Under the pieces are notes generated by a model, which was given only the letters and a program-made list of their open reading frames with translations, did no database searches and was not told the DNA's origin. A stretch of 64,000 bases of DNA from Neoechinorhynchus agilis (Eukaryota > Animalia > Acanthocephala): positions 15,577,480 through 15,641,479 of the forward strand of contig CM121342.1 in the NCBI GenBank assembly GCA_051530055.1. The letters are read 5' to 3'. A program made the translations under genes and the position numbers. Below are positions 23,160 through 35,975 of the stretch, piece by piece. Numbering within the stretch: position 1 is the stretch's first letter; each line of letters begins with the position of its first letter.

Positions 23160-25755
23160 AAAATTTATGAGCGGTAGGGCGAGGCTTTTTAACGAAATCA
23201 ATTCAATAAAATATATTTCACCTGGCGATCACCACCTCGCCAACTGTATAATTCCGAAGGATTTTCTCTTGATGATTAAAGACGTTTCATTCCATAGGAC
23301 TTTCTGTTAAGATTTTCTTGACTATTTTAACTCGTTGAAGATGTGGTGATCATAATACCTCGGATAAAACAAATTTAGATATTTCGTGAGAAGCCATCGT
23401 CTAAAGCTTAAAAGATCAGTGATGACTCGAGACTTCCTAACGGAATCTATTCAATAAAATATGTTTCATCCGGCGATCACGACTTCGCCAACTGTACAAT
23501 TCCGAGGGATTTTCTCTTGATGAGTAATGACGTTTAATTCCTCGGGCCTTTCTGTTAAGGTTTTTTCGACCATTTTAACTTGTTGAAGATGTGGTGATCA
23601 TAATCCCACGGATAAGACAAATTGAGGTATTTCGTGAGGAAGTCTCCTTCTAAAATTTACAAGATGAGCGGTGGGGCGAGGCTTTTTAACGAAATCAATT
23701 CAATAAAATATGTTTCATCCGGCGATCACCACTTCGCCAACTGTATCATTCCGAAGGATTTTCTCTTGATGATTAAAGACGTTTCATTCCATAGGACTTA
23801 ATGTTAAGATTTTCTTGACAATTTTAACTTGTTGAAGATGTGGTGATCATAATCCCTCGGATAAAACAAATTGAGATATTTCGTGAGAAGCCATCGTCTA
23901 AAACTTAAAAGATCAGTGATGACTCGAGACTTCCTAACGGAATCTGTTGAATAAAATATGTTTCATCCGGCGATCACGACTTCGCCAACTGTACAATTCC
24001 GAGGGATTTTCTCTTGATGAGTAATGACGTTTAATTCCTCGGGCCTTTCTGTTAAGGTTTTTTCGACCATTTTAACTTGTTGAAGATGTGGTGATCATAA
24101 TCCCACGGATAAGACAAATTGAGGTATTTCGTGAAGTCTCCTTCTAAAATTTACAAGATGAGCGGTGGGGCGAGGCTTTTTAACGAAATCAATTCAATAA
24201 AATATGTTTCATCCGGCGATCACCACCTCGCCAACTGTACAATTCCGAGGGACTTTCTCTTGATGATTAAAGACGTTTGATTCCTCGGGCCTTGCTGTTA
24301 TGGTTTTCTATATCATTTTAACTTGTTGAAGATGTGGCGATCACATTCCCTCGGATAAAACCAATTGAAATATTTCGTGAGAAGCCATCGTCTAAAACTT
24401 ATGAGTGGTGCGGCGAGGCTTCCTAACGAAATCAATTCAATAAAATATGTTTCATCAGGCGATCACGACTTCGCCAACTGTATCATTCCGAAGGATTTTC
24501 TCTTGATTATTAAGGACGTTTGATTCCTCGGGCCTTTCTGTTAAGGTTTTCTCGACTATTTTAACTCGTTGAAGATGTGGTGATCACATTCCCTCGGATA
24601 AAACAAATTGAGATATTTCGTGAGAAGCCATTGTCTAAAACTTAAAAGATCAGTGATGGCTCGAGACTTCCTAACGGAATCTATTCAATAAAATATGTTT
24701 CATCAGGCGATCACGACTTCGCCAACTGTATCATTCCGAAGGATTTTCTCTTGATTATTAAGGACGTTTGATTCCTCGGGCCTTTCTGTTAAGGTTTTCT
24801 CGACCATTTTAACTTGTTGAAGATGTGGTGATCATAATCCCTCTCATAAAACAAATCGAGATATTTCGTGGGAAGCCATCGTCTAAAGCTTAAAAGATGA
24901 GTGGTGCGGTGAGGCTTCCTAACGAAATCAATTCAATAAAATATGTTTCATCCGGCGATCACCACCTCGCCGACTGTACCATTCCGAAGGATTTTCTCTT
25001 GATGATTAAAGACGTTTGAATCCATAGTACTTTTTTCAGGTTTTCTTGACTACTTTAACTTATTGGAGATGTGATGATCATTATCTCCTGGATAAAACAA
25101 ATTTAGATATTTCATGGTAAGCCCTCGTCTAAAACTTAAAAGATTTGTGATAAGGCGAGGCTTCCTAACGAAATCAATTCAAAATATATATTTCACCCGG
25201 CGATCACCACCTCGCCAACTGTATCATTCCGAAGCATTTTCTCTTGATTATTAAGGACGTTTGATTCCTCGGGCCTTTCTGTTAAGGTTTTCTTGACCAT
25301 TTTAACTTGTTGAAGATGTGGTGATCATAATCCCACGGATAAGACAAATTGAGGTATTTCGTGAGGAAGTCTCCTTCTAAAATTTATAAGATGAGCGGTG
25401 GGGCGAGGCTTTTTAACGAAATCAATTCAATAAAATATGTTTCATCCGGCGATCACCACCTCGCCAACTGTACAATTCCGAGGGATTTTCTCTTGATGAG
25501 TAATGACGTTTAATTCGATTGGACATTCTGTTAAGGTTTTCGTGACTATTTTAAGTTATTGAAAATGTGATGATCATAATTCTTCGGGTAGAAGAAATTG
25601 AGATATTTTGTGAGAAGCCATCGTCTAAAACTTATAAGATGAGTGATGCGTCAAGGCTACCTAACGAAATCAATTCAATAAAATATGTTTCATCCGGCGA
25701 TCACCACCTCGCCAACTGTATCATTCCAAGGGATTTTCCCTTGATGACTAGATGA
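23160..25755 (+). repeat. Satellite F2, about 245 bp monomer, about 10.5 copies, with an internal inverted repeat and partial dimeric higher-order structure
   Basis: Recurrent aattcaataaaatatgtttcatccggcgatcac; ggcttcctaacgaaatc...gatcaccacctc is an imperfect inverse of gatgtggtgatc...atttcgtgagaagcc. Confidence 0.95.
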
Positions 25756-26245
25756 AGTGCTTACTATTTATCTAAAACGTTGATGAGGTTTCTCACCGGA
25801 ATTGGTGGAAATCTTTATAACTTATTTTAATCAACTCTTACACTGCTAATGATGCGATCCAAGTAAATCTATTTTGATAACTATTGAGTGTATAATTACA
25901 ATATACTGAAGACCAAGAAAGTACATTTTTTTGTCATTTAGAATACCACAGGCCGAGTAATTTTTGAATCTGCACATAGGTATTGACCTCTTTCCCGTTC
26001 GATTTTGCGTATAAACAAGGCAGTAATTCCGAACTTTTATTTGGACATCAGATCGCAAAGCACAGGACAACTTGCAAACAATAATTACAAGATAAGCCAG
26101 AAAAGCTATCTATAATGGACCCAAATGTGAGATTTTTATAATGACTGTTGAAGCAATAATGGGAACGTAAAATACAGATTAATTTTTTGTAAATTTACAA
26201 GTGTTTCTAACATTTCGATTGATCTCAAGATGCTGTCGTTTTTAG

Positions 26246-27355
26246 ATGAGTCAAAACAGCAATGGTGAAATGTCTGGAAACAGTGCGGACTTTATAGACG
26301 ATGACAGATCCATATCAATCGCTGGTTCAGAAGAGGACAATAATCCCATTCTCTCCTGCCAGGAAGTAATAGACGTGCTCACAATGCGTTGGATGAACGA
26401 GAAACGCGCACCAAAACTTTTACCAGCGCAACCTGAACTTTTAAGGGCCGTATTTAAACTAATAAGTGAACAAAACGCAGTGCTAACTACTCGACCGGCG
26501 CTCGCTATTCGTCGTGAGCTTATTCAACAAGATTTGGATACGACGAACCTGTTTGCTTTTTTGAAATATGTACTTCTCTTCAAATTTACCTTATAACAAT
26601 TGTTCATTTGGAGTAACTGCTTATTCCAATGGCAAAATACTCAAACTCGCTCAAAAGTTTGCATTTTTGAGAGTTTACCATCGTCCCAAACTACGACATT
26701 CTATAGGAATCGTTTTTTATTTCCTTTCTTTTCCAAATGGCACTCTTTCTAAATTTATGACTTTCAGTTAATTTCCTTTTGTTGCCAAGGAGGAAGGAAT
26801 AGATATCTTTTTTGAGGACGAAACAAAAACAACAACGATTAAAAATGTGAGTACCAAGGCTTTGTGGAAAGTTCGTATTGTGGAAGATTGCGTTTACTTG
26901 GGACGTTAAAAGCGAACGGTCGCCACAGAGTCAAATATGTTTTAGCGGACTACTTACGGACAAGGATAAAGAAGATCGACACATACAGTGGATTCGTAGT
27001 TCTGAATGATCAAAGAACGGATTCCAACGGAGAGGATTTCTTGACGGATGAAGAATACGCCTACGCCTGTGAGCACTTCCGCATTCTTTATCAAGAGCAC
27101 ATGCGGAGCAGTGTGTTAAACAAAATCCCGGCTAGTTTGCAGGCCTACCCGATTCAACCATTTCCGTTGAACAAGTTTGTTCTGTGTCAACCAAAACAAG
27201 ACGTTGAAGTATCTATCAAATTATGCAACGGAAGCTTTAATTCAGTGACAGGAGCCGAATATCGAACGGTAGCTTTAAAGCGAAACAGAGTGTACTGCTT
27301 ACCTTTTGAGGCTATTGAGGATTTACTGAATTATGCAAAGGTACATTTAGAATAG
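26246..27355 (+). CDS. GINS4: GINS complex subunit 4 (Sld5), two exons separated by a hairpin-type intron
   Basis: WMNEKRAPKLLP; QQDLD..VKYVLADYLRTRIKKID; FLTDEEYAYA; C-terminal B domain ..LPFEAIEDLL. Confidence 0.9.
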
Positions 27356-27889
27356 TCAGAATATGGGGATAAAGTAAAAGTACACTGACTGTTCTAAAAT
27401 AATCCTATTCTGAACAAACTCAGCAAGTATGATAAATAAATTGTCGAGATTCCTGGCATTTTTAAATATTTTAACGACCTTGTACGATCAATTTTAAAGC
27501 GAATTTGATGAACAATTTTCGAGCCGCCACATTTTTAAAATCTTTAAGTCTAGCCGGCCGGTAACTTTTTATTCAGTATCTATGTGTGGCCTTTTTCACG
27601 GTTGATAATTTTTTCACGGGCACACAGCCCACCGATCTCTTACATCAGAGAAGTGATTGAATCACTTCGACTCGGAACCACACGGTTATGAGTTTTGTAT
27701 GCGTCCCTCCGGATTCTAAGATAATTCCCGAGGAGGCGGGACTCATCGGAGAGTTTCTTTAAATTGAGCGGTATTTCGTCCCCTTTGCTTCTGCGTCATA
27801 TGCGGTAACGGATTCGAACAATTTGACCCAAACTGGGATCAGGAGCTTTAGTTCAATTAACCATTCGGCACAATTCACACGTGCTCTCC

Positions 27890-28760
27890 ACTTCATACGG
27901 CCAAGGCTGCATCCGATCGGAGGCCTTTTTGGTTCAAGTGAGCATTGAGTATGTCGAGGCATCGCTGCTTCGGGCACCCTTTCGGTCTACTTCCTTCGAC
28001 AGTGAGTTCTAAACTAGTTTTGGCGATTGTGCCAGGGTTCGCTCTCATTACATGACCTAACCATTGTAGGCGTGCTTGCTGCACTTTACTGGTGATGGGT
28101 GCCACTCCATATCAGAATTATTGTTTAGGTCTACACCCTATAAATGATTATTTATTAAAGGCATTGCGAACCTCGTTGGGTTCATCTAGAACTGATGATG
28201 AACTCGACGAGGTTCGAAACGTCTTTAACAAATAATCATTTACCGTGTGTAGATCTAAAAAACATACCAATCACATTCCCTGGTATCTCAAATATCACCA
28301 CTCCATATCGATTCCGAATTTCTTCATTTCGGACGTGATCTTTGAGGGTGAAACTGCTGATCCATCTTAGCATTCTTGTTTCCTTGACGGCCAGTTGGCA
28401 TTCAGTGTGCTTCGTTATCGGCCAACACTGCGCCGTATAAGGCCACGGGTCTGATCACTGCTCGGTAAATCTTGAACTTCAAACTGTCTTTTATTTGGCG
28501 ATCACAAAGGACGCCTGTCGTAGTTCTTCATTTGGCCCAGTCGGCTGATATTCTCGCCTACAGCTCGCATTCGAGATCACAATCATCAGAAATTACCGAG
28601 CCTAAGTATTTAAACTTGTTCACCGGTTTGATATGTTTCTCATTGATGAAAATAGTAGCCAGATCGTTTTCATCGTTTGTCGAGAGTATTCTGTTTTTCC
28701 AAGTTTACCCGTAGCCCATGCCTGCCAACTTTGTTAATTTCGTTCTATCGTTCGATGCAT
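27890..28760 (-). mobile_element. RTE-clade LINE 3' fragment interrupted by an F1 foldback copy at about 28111-28300
   Basis: ARLQWLGHVMRANPGTIAKTSLELTVEGSRPKGCPKQR and upstream FKYLGS segment; F1 hairpin lies between them. Confidence 0.75.
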
Positions 28761-28899
28761 GGAGGATGTCTCGCGGGTTATCGAGTCCATACGTGTGATT
28801 TTCCATAATTCGTCGACCTCGAATTCACATTGACGACGGTACCAGCAACAAAACCGATCATGACATGAAAGGCAATAAATTCCAGCACGAGAAGAACGA

Positions 28900-30824
28900 C
28901 AACTTGTGACTTACAGCATCGGTAGCGGAAGGAAAATGCAAATTAAATACAAGAAAAATGGAGAGAAGTGAAAACCGTAAAAACTATACCTGGAGGGACA
29001 GCACCGTTTACTATGTTAAGACATGGAGGTCGAGAACATCAAACGGACCAAATACAGGATGATTAGTAAAATCAAATGGTGGCGACTTGATCAAACTCCA
29101 TATCGTGAGGAATTCAAGAAGCAGGTCATCAGCATTCTAAATCACGACATTGAGGATACGAACAGATGATGGATCAAATCGGTAGAGGAAATTCGTAGAA
29201 CAAGCGGAGAAACCCTTGGAGTAACCACAGGTAGAAAAGGATCGAAACAAGAAAAATGGTGGTGGAACGACGAGATGCAAAGGGCGATAGCGGACAAAAA
29301 GAGTGCGAAAAAGAAAATTTATGCAGATCATTCTAGGGGGAACAAGGAAATATATAAGAAGGCGAGAAAAAGAGCTAAGAAAGATGTGGCGATAGGGATG
29401 TGTTCAAAGTGACGAAGATCAAAGATCAGAGATCGAAGTACATTATCAGGGTAAAGCAAATTAAGGGCAAGGATGGGAACATTTTGAGCGAAGAAAAAGA
29501 AGTTAAAGAAAGGGGGGTTGCTATGATCAACTGTTGAACAGTAAGAATGGAGCAGAAAGAGTGGAAGAGCAGGAACCTAACGAAAGATAGGTCATCGCAA
29601 TACGGGCCCAGACGAAATACACATAGAGATCTGGAAAGTGCGCACACTGGTGCCGATATACAAACAGAGAGGAGATGTCAGAGCTTGTTCAAGCTATCGA
29701 AGAATCAAATTGTTGAGCCACACCATGAAGCTATACTAAAGGATAATTGATCATCGCCTGGGGAGCGAAATGTCCATATCAGAGGCGCAGAGAGGATTTA
29801 TGCCCGGTAGAAGTAGTACCGAAGCTGACTTCGCGTTACGCCACTTATATGAAAAATGTCATGAAAAACGAAGAGAAATACACAGCGTGTTCATCGACCT
29901 CGAAAAATCAAATGAAACTGTCCCTAGAAAACTGGACTGGAACTGTCTTAGAAGAAAACTCTGCTCCAAGACTGATATCACAGCGATTCAGGGCATGTAC
30001 ATGCGGAGCAAAGTAAATATAAGGACGCCAGCTGGTAATACAGATAGCTTCTCAGTGAACGTGGGATAGCATTATAGTTCGGCTTTGAACCCTTATTTGT
30101 TGGTAGTCACTATGGATGAAATCAGCAAACCGATCAGTAAAGGTCCACTATGGAAGATGTTTTTTGCCGACGATATCGTCCTCTCCAGCTATAATTTACA
30201 GGATCTCAACAATGACCTAGAGAAATGGAGGGAAGCTCTGGAAAGTCGAGGTCTAAAAATTTCCCGGGGGAGAAATCAGTCTACGTGGGAACTGAAAGCA
30301 TATCCTTTCAAGAGACGGCTGCAGAAATCCGACAGATTCAAGTACCTCGGCTCTCTATAGTGCCGATGCAAAACGAAATCACCGCCCAGATTTCATCGAG
30401 AATAAATAGCGGATGGATGAAGTGGAAAAGCCTAACTAGGATCTTGTATGATAGCAAAGTACCTCTGGTCTTGAAAGGTAGAGTCTTCAAGATGGCAATC
30501 GGACCAGCCATGTTATATAAGGCGGAGACATGGAACACTGCCAATCAGATCAAGCGAATGCAGGCCGAGGATGAAATGAAGATGATTAGGTGCATGTGTG
30601 GGGTGACCAGGCAAAAAATTATCCCAAATAATGCGGTCCGGTGGTCAACGAAGGTGGAGGACGTGAAGGAAGCTATCGCGAAACAGAGCGACATGGTGAA
30701 AAGTGAAGAGCCGAATCGATTTATTCGAAAAGTTGAGAAAATGGAAATCGAAGGGACCAGGAGACGCGGAAGGCCGAGAAAACGATGGAAAGATTGTGTG
30801 ACTGAGGAGAAGGGAAAAGCATGA
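28900..30824 (+). mobile_element. Degenerate RTE-clade LINE (RT region, many frameshifts)
   Basis: QRGFMPGRSSTE, SVFIDLEKS, MFFADDIVL, FKYLGS, YKAETW, EGTRRRGRPRKRWKD. Confidence 0.9.
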
Positions 30825-31567
30825 AGAAAGTTGTTGTTTCTATTTTCCAAACGTTGTGTTTGCTTTTCGATTTCGAAGCCATAACAATTCAAAACTTGAC
30901 AATAAACTGATCTAATACCCCATTACGGAGGAAATAAATTTCTTTTACTAAAATCACCTTTAAGCTTTTTTCAACTACAAAACGCATTTATATAAAGTTC
31001 ATGCAGTTGACCTGATCGGAATAATTGACTTTTTCCTATAATCCAAGTTTTCTGCCGTGTACTCAAAAAACACCTATAAAGAATCAGGCGATTATCTAAT
31101 AAAAAGTCAACTTCATTCGTTTTTAATGCGATTCCTCGTTCGGGTGTCGACAAGCGACCTAAATATAAATAACAACGTCCATCGAAGTCGTCCTAATTTA
31201 CCCAAAAAGAAACTCATTTCTTCCGTATTTAAACGTCATTTCCCACTTCCTAGAATGTAGATTCCGCTTTGACGAAATCGATTATTCTGGTAATTGCGCA
31301 ATTTTTGGTTGGAATGACACACCATTTGAAAGCATAAATTATTGTTAAAATTAAACTGATAGGGATGGAACCTTCAGACTCTGCGTAGAGGACTAAGGAT
31401 TACACTCCTCCCTTTGTGAACAGATCACGGCTCCGGTTGGTTTGTAAGTGAAGAATCAAAACTCGAACGATGCCACTTCGTATTGTTCTTAATTTTCTCT
31501 TTTTTTGAAGATGCTAAACTCGATAGTTGAAAGTGCGCGAAATAATAAAGACCGTAAATATTCGCCA

Positions 31568-32421
31568 ATGGATCTTCATTGCTTACCGGTTGGATCAGAA
31601 CAGGAGCACATGATGGGAGTCAGTACTTTGTGATCGCATTGTAAAGAAACCCCATTCTTAATCTAGACTACAATACTTGCGATTGAATACGACGGTGGCG
31701 TTATTATGGCAGCCGATACTCGCACCTCCATTGGGTACGATCGCTTTGTGTGTGCGCGTTACTCGTTTATTGTTTAGGACATTCGTTTTCAATCGCTATA
31801 CGGACAAAATAACGAAGCTTTCCGATCGAATCTATTGCTGCAGATCAGGATCAGCTGCAGATACTCAAACTACAGCTGAAATAATTTCTTATAATCTTGA
31901 AATGCTCTCGGCAATGACCGAGGAGGAACCGAGTGTAAAAATGGCTGCTACGGTCGCTCATAATTTCCTTTACGAATATCGAGAGCAGCTAGTGGCTGGA
32001 ATGATTGTGGCAGGATATGACGAAAAGGAAGGTGGACAGGTTAGTAACTCGTTGGTGATTTTTGCATCATCATCAAAGGAATGCCCACTTTTCTCATAGG
32101 TATACTCCCTTCCTTTGGGTGGAATGGTAGTCCGCCAGCCCATTGCAATGGGTGGATCAGGGTCAACGTATTTGTACGGATACATGGATTCTCAATACAG
32201 ATCTGGGATGAATAAAAATGATGCATTGGAATTCATGAAGAATGGTATTCACCATTTTTTCACCTAATGATTCACTATAGCTGTTCCGATTAGCCGTTAC
32301 GCTTGCGATAACTCGCGACAACAGCAGTGGCGGTTGTGTTAGAATTGCGGTCATAGACAAGAATGGGATTGAGCGACATACTGTTGCAGGAAATAGCTTG
32401 CCTACATTCTATACTGATTAA
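31568..32421 (+). CDS. PSMB6: Proteasome subunit beta type-6 (beta1), 5 exons
   Basis: Propeptide ..MMG|TTILAIEYDGGVIMAADTRTSIG, CCRSGSAADTQ, GGSGSTYLYGY, RDNSSGGCVR; four GT-AG introns. Confidence 0.95.
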
Positions 32422-32679
32422 CAATACGTCTGGATAAACCTTCTTTCAAACATCACTTAAAGTGTTTTGATTTTTAATGTATTTTCGAATCAGTTGATCT
32501 GCCTTTCTTTTTTTATTCCCTCGCACCAACAAAAGTAACTGTTGAGATTTCTTTACGATTCCAAGCAAACCAATTTGTCTAAACAATCTTTCATGAATGC
32601 GCTGAAATCGTTCAATGCTCTTTATTTCTTATTAAGCGATATCACAAACACTTCGGCGCCTACACTCTTACTTTCATCG

Positions 32680-32990
32680 GCGAAGTTACCTCGTGAAATA
32701 TTTTTTGAATAAATTGAGTATGTCATGGCCGGGATTATGTTCTCCACAGATCTAATTCTATCACCTCGAAGGATTTTCTCTGTCGATAACTTACCTCGTG
32801 AAATATTTTAAATAAATCGAGTATTTTATGCCCGGGATTATGTTCTCCACAGGTATAATTCTACGATCCCGAAGGATTTTCTCTGTTGATGACTTACCTC
32901 GTGAAATATTTCAAGTAAATCGAGTATGTCATGCACGGGATTATGTTCTCCACATGTCTAATTCTATCATCCCGAAGGATTTTCTCTGTA
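32680..32990 (+). repeat. Three copies of an about 106 bp unit related to half of the F2 monomer
   Basis: ttacctcgtgaaatattt...gggattatgttctccaca...cgaaggattttctct; cgaaggattttctct is shared with F2. Confidence 0.85.
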
Positions 32991-32992
32991 AA

Positions 32993-34075
32993 GGACAAAC
33001 TAAAAATTAATGATGATATGAAACAAACCGACTAGCCAGTAAAACTTAAAATAGAATACAGCGCTCAACCCTGAGTCGAAAAACTGGCTGAGTTTGACGT
33101 TCCGTGGTTGTATCGAGTTCGAATCCGTTACCACCAATGACGCACAACCAAAGAGAACGAAATACCACTGAAGGGAGGAAACTCACTGATGATTCCCACC
33201 TCCTGGAGATATCTGAGAATCCGGAGGAATGTACAAACTTTTAACCGTGCATTAGAGACTATGTGATCATATCACTTCTCTGATGTAATTGGTTTGGCTT
33301 TATGCCTCAAAAAAATAAGCCGGATATAAGGGACAAACTAAAATTTAATGATGATATGAAACAAACCGGCTCGCCAGTAAAACTTAAAATAGAATACAGC
33401 GCTCAACCCTGAGTCGAAAAACTGGCTGAGTTTGACGTTCCGTGGTTGTATCGAGTTCGAATCCGTTACCACCAATGACGCACAACCAAAGAGAACGAAA
33501 TACCACTGAAGGGAGGAAACTCACTGATGATTCCCACCTCCTGGAGATATCTGAGAATCCGGAGGAATGTACAAACTTTTAACCGTGCATTAGAGACTAT
33601 GTGATCATATCACTTCTCTGATGTAATTGGTTTGGCTTTATGCCTCAAAAAAATAAGCCGGATATAAGGGACAAACTAAAATTTAATGATGATATGAAAC
33701 AAACCGGCTCGCCAGTAAAACTTAAAATAGAATACAGCGCTCAACCCTGAGTCGAAAAACTGGCTGATTTTGACACTCCGTAGTTGTGTCGAGGTGGTTA
33801 AATGGAATAATGCTATTGATCCAAGTTAAGGGTCAAGTGGTTCGAATCCGTTACCGCCAATGACGCACAACCAAAGATGACGAAATACCGCTGAAGCGAG
33901 GAAACTCACTGATGAGTCCCGCTTCTTGGAGATATCTGAGAATCCCGCAAGACGTACAAACCCTTAACCGTGCATTAGAGACTATGTGGTCATATCACTT
34001 CTCTGATGTAATTGCTTTATCTTTATGCCTTAAAAAAATAAGCCGGATATAAGGGACAAACCAAAATTTAATGAT
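32993..34075 (+). repeat. Tandem repeat with units of 338, 338 and 385 bp containing a tRNA-derived segment
   Basis: ggacaaac marker at 32993, 33331, 33669, 34054; units 1 and 2 are nearly identical. Confidence 0.9.
33780..33859 (+). pseudogene. tRNA-Ser-like pseudogene or SINE head (Pol III A and B boxes)
   Basis: GTAGTTGTGTCGAGGTGGTTAA resembles the tRNA-Ser 5' end GTAGTCGTGGCCGAGTGGTTAA; B box GGTTCGAATCC; the acceptor stem does not close. Confidence 0.55.
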
Positions 34076-34301
34076 GTTACTTTCAGGAATATTGAGGAGA
34101 CGGAAAATAGGGATAGAATTGTTGTTAAAGATTGTTTAACAAACGCTTGTTTTCTAGAAGTCCTGTCTCTCAAGAAACAAAACATGTAGGGTTTATTACG
34201 ACCATCTCCTTTAAAATACCGTTGCACTGGTCATTTGAGAGAGATACTTCGTTGGGGTTCGTTAAGGCGCTATTTTAATGTCATAAAAACACAGGAATCC
34301 A

Positions 34302-35065
34302 TCAGTAGTTCATTAAAGGCTTTCTAAAGACCATTGATATTAAGCACTGGCTCTTTGAAAAGATGTTTAAAATAATGTCTAGAATTCTATATTGACTTTC
34401 GTGTAAACCCAATATGATACAAAAAAGGCACACAATAGAGAAGCAGAAGATTATGGTGTTCAAGAAATACCACCATTTAATTGAGATATGTGTGAAGGCT
34501 TCTTGAGGTGCTACGTGATTGCTTATCATGGATTCTGATTCCAAAGATACGAGCACGATTCAACATTCGTGTATAGGTTGTATTCATCGGTTGATCTCGG
34601 CTCAGGAATCTGTTGACTGTTCGTAGCTAACCATTCATCCGTGTTGGCCTTAAATGCGTGTTCGCTATTCTGTGGGAGAATATCGATCAGATTTAGAGAC
34701 GTGAACCCAGGTGGTTGAGAGAAATCGGTTGGCAATATGCCAAGATCGCTGGAATTTGCGGTCGAAATTGTTTGATCGGACGACGGATTTAGAGACGAAG
34801 ACGATTGCATTGCACGTTCGCCCGGTGCACGACTCTCGATTCCAGATGAATCTTCTCGTCCAAGTTCAGAAAGTTGACGAATATTTTCCCAGAATTCTAC
34901 GGCAGTTGGGAGATAGTCTTCAAAGACTTCATCATCGTAAGAGGATACATCAAATTGTGACCAATCAATATCTTCCATTTGCGGCACATAATAATCATCC
35001 TCGTTCGTTTCGAATAACGTTGAAGGTACTTCCCCAATATTGGTTGAAAACTGATCGTCCGACAT
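34302..35065 (-). CDS. Hypothetical acidic low-complexity protein with a C-terminal TM segment, two exons
   Basis: Acidic ORF MSDDQFSTNIGE... plus a frame-shifted ORF with hydrophobic KWWYFLNTIIFCFSIVCLFCIILGL, joined by an intron. Confidence 0.5.
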
Positions 35066-35599
35066 ACTAAAAACATAAAATGGATTATGATAAATTGGCT
35101 GCGTCTCAATAGGTGAGGAGGCGTATATAATGTACAAACGAAACGATGCAGTTTACGAGAAAATAATATAAAATATTTTATCTAAAACTAAAAACAGACG
35201 ACGTAGTACACTAAAATGTTCCTTATCATTTCGTCTCCGTTGATCGTTTATGATTCCAGAATTCGTCGTGGTTTTCATCTATGTGTTCCCATATTAACGG
35301 ATGAGGACCCATGGGTACATATGCTCTCCCAACCCTTCTTTGCATTTTAAATAAACGTGAATGGGAGACTAGTCAAATTATTTATTGTATTGCTTTCCAC
35401 AATATAGGAAAAGGAAACGAGGACCCTAAGCACTGGCGCGTTATTCCAGATCCGGTCGCTTGACCATGGAAATCCACGCGGTCCATGACAAAACTAGAAG
35501 TTGGGACGATGGTGAGGATTAACGGTGGCAGCGGTCGCCGAAGTCTGTGTTCCTCTGATTGTGGATCACCATTGAGAACTTCCACCAGTACCCAATTTG

Positions 35600-35975
35600 C
35601 CTACTAACGTCGATATGTGACAAGGTACCGGGGCTTATGATTAGAGAATTATTGTTTAGAAGTCTTCACCCGGTAAATAATTTTTTACTAATAACGTTTC
35701 GAACCTCGTTCATTCTCAGTTCTAAAAAGCGAACGGTGAAATGGTTATTATGTTCAAACGCGATCATTTCACCACTTGTCGATATGTGAGGTACCGGGGA
35801 ATGTGATTAGAATTATTGTTTAGGTCTACACCCGCGGTAAATGATTATTTATTAAAGACGTTTCGAACCTCGTCGGGTACATCATGAGTTTGTTACTTCA
35901 CCATTTGTTTTTCAGAAATGGTGATGAACCCGGCGAGGTTCGAAACGTATTTATTAAAAAATTATCTACCGAGTC
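35600..35975 (+). repeat. Two adjacent F1 foldback copies with different loop sequences
   Basis: cgatatgtga..ggtaccgggg heads near 35607 and 35780. Confidence 0.85.

Noticed and set aside
12620-25755. CRISPR array or integron attC cassette interpretation of the 233-bp and 245-bp repeats
   Set aside because: No unique spacers or cassette ORFs between units, no cas or integrase genes, and the context is an intron-containing eukaryote.
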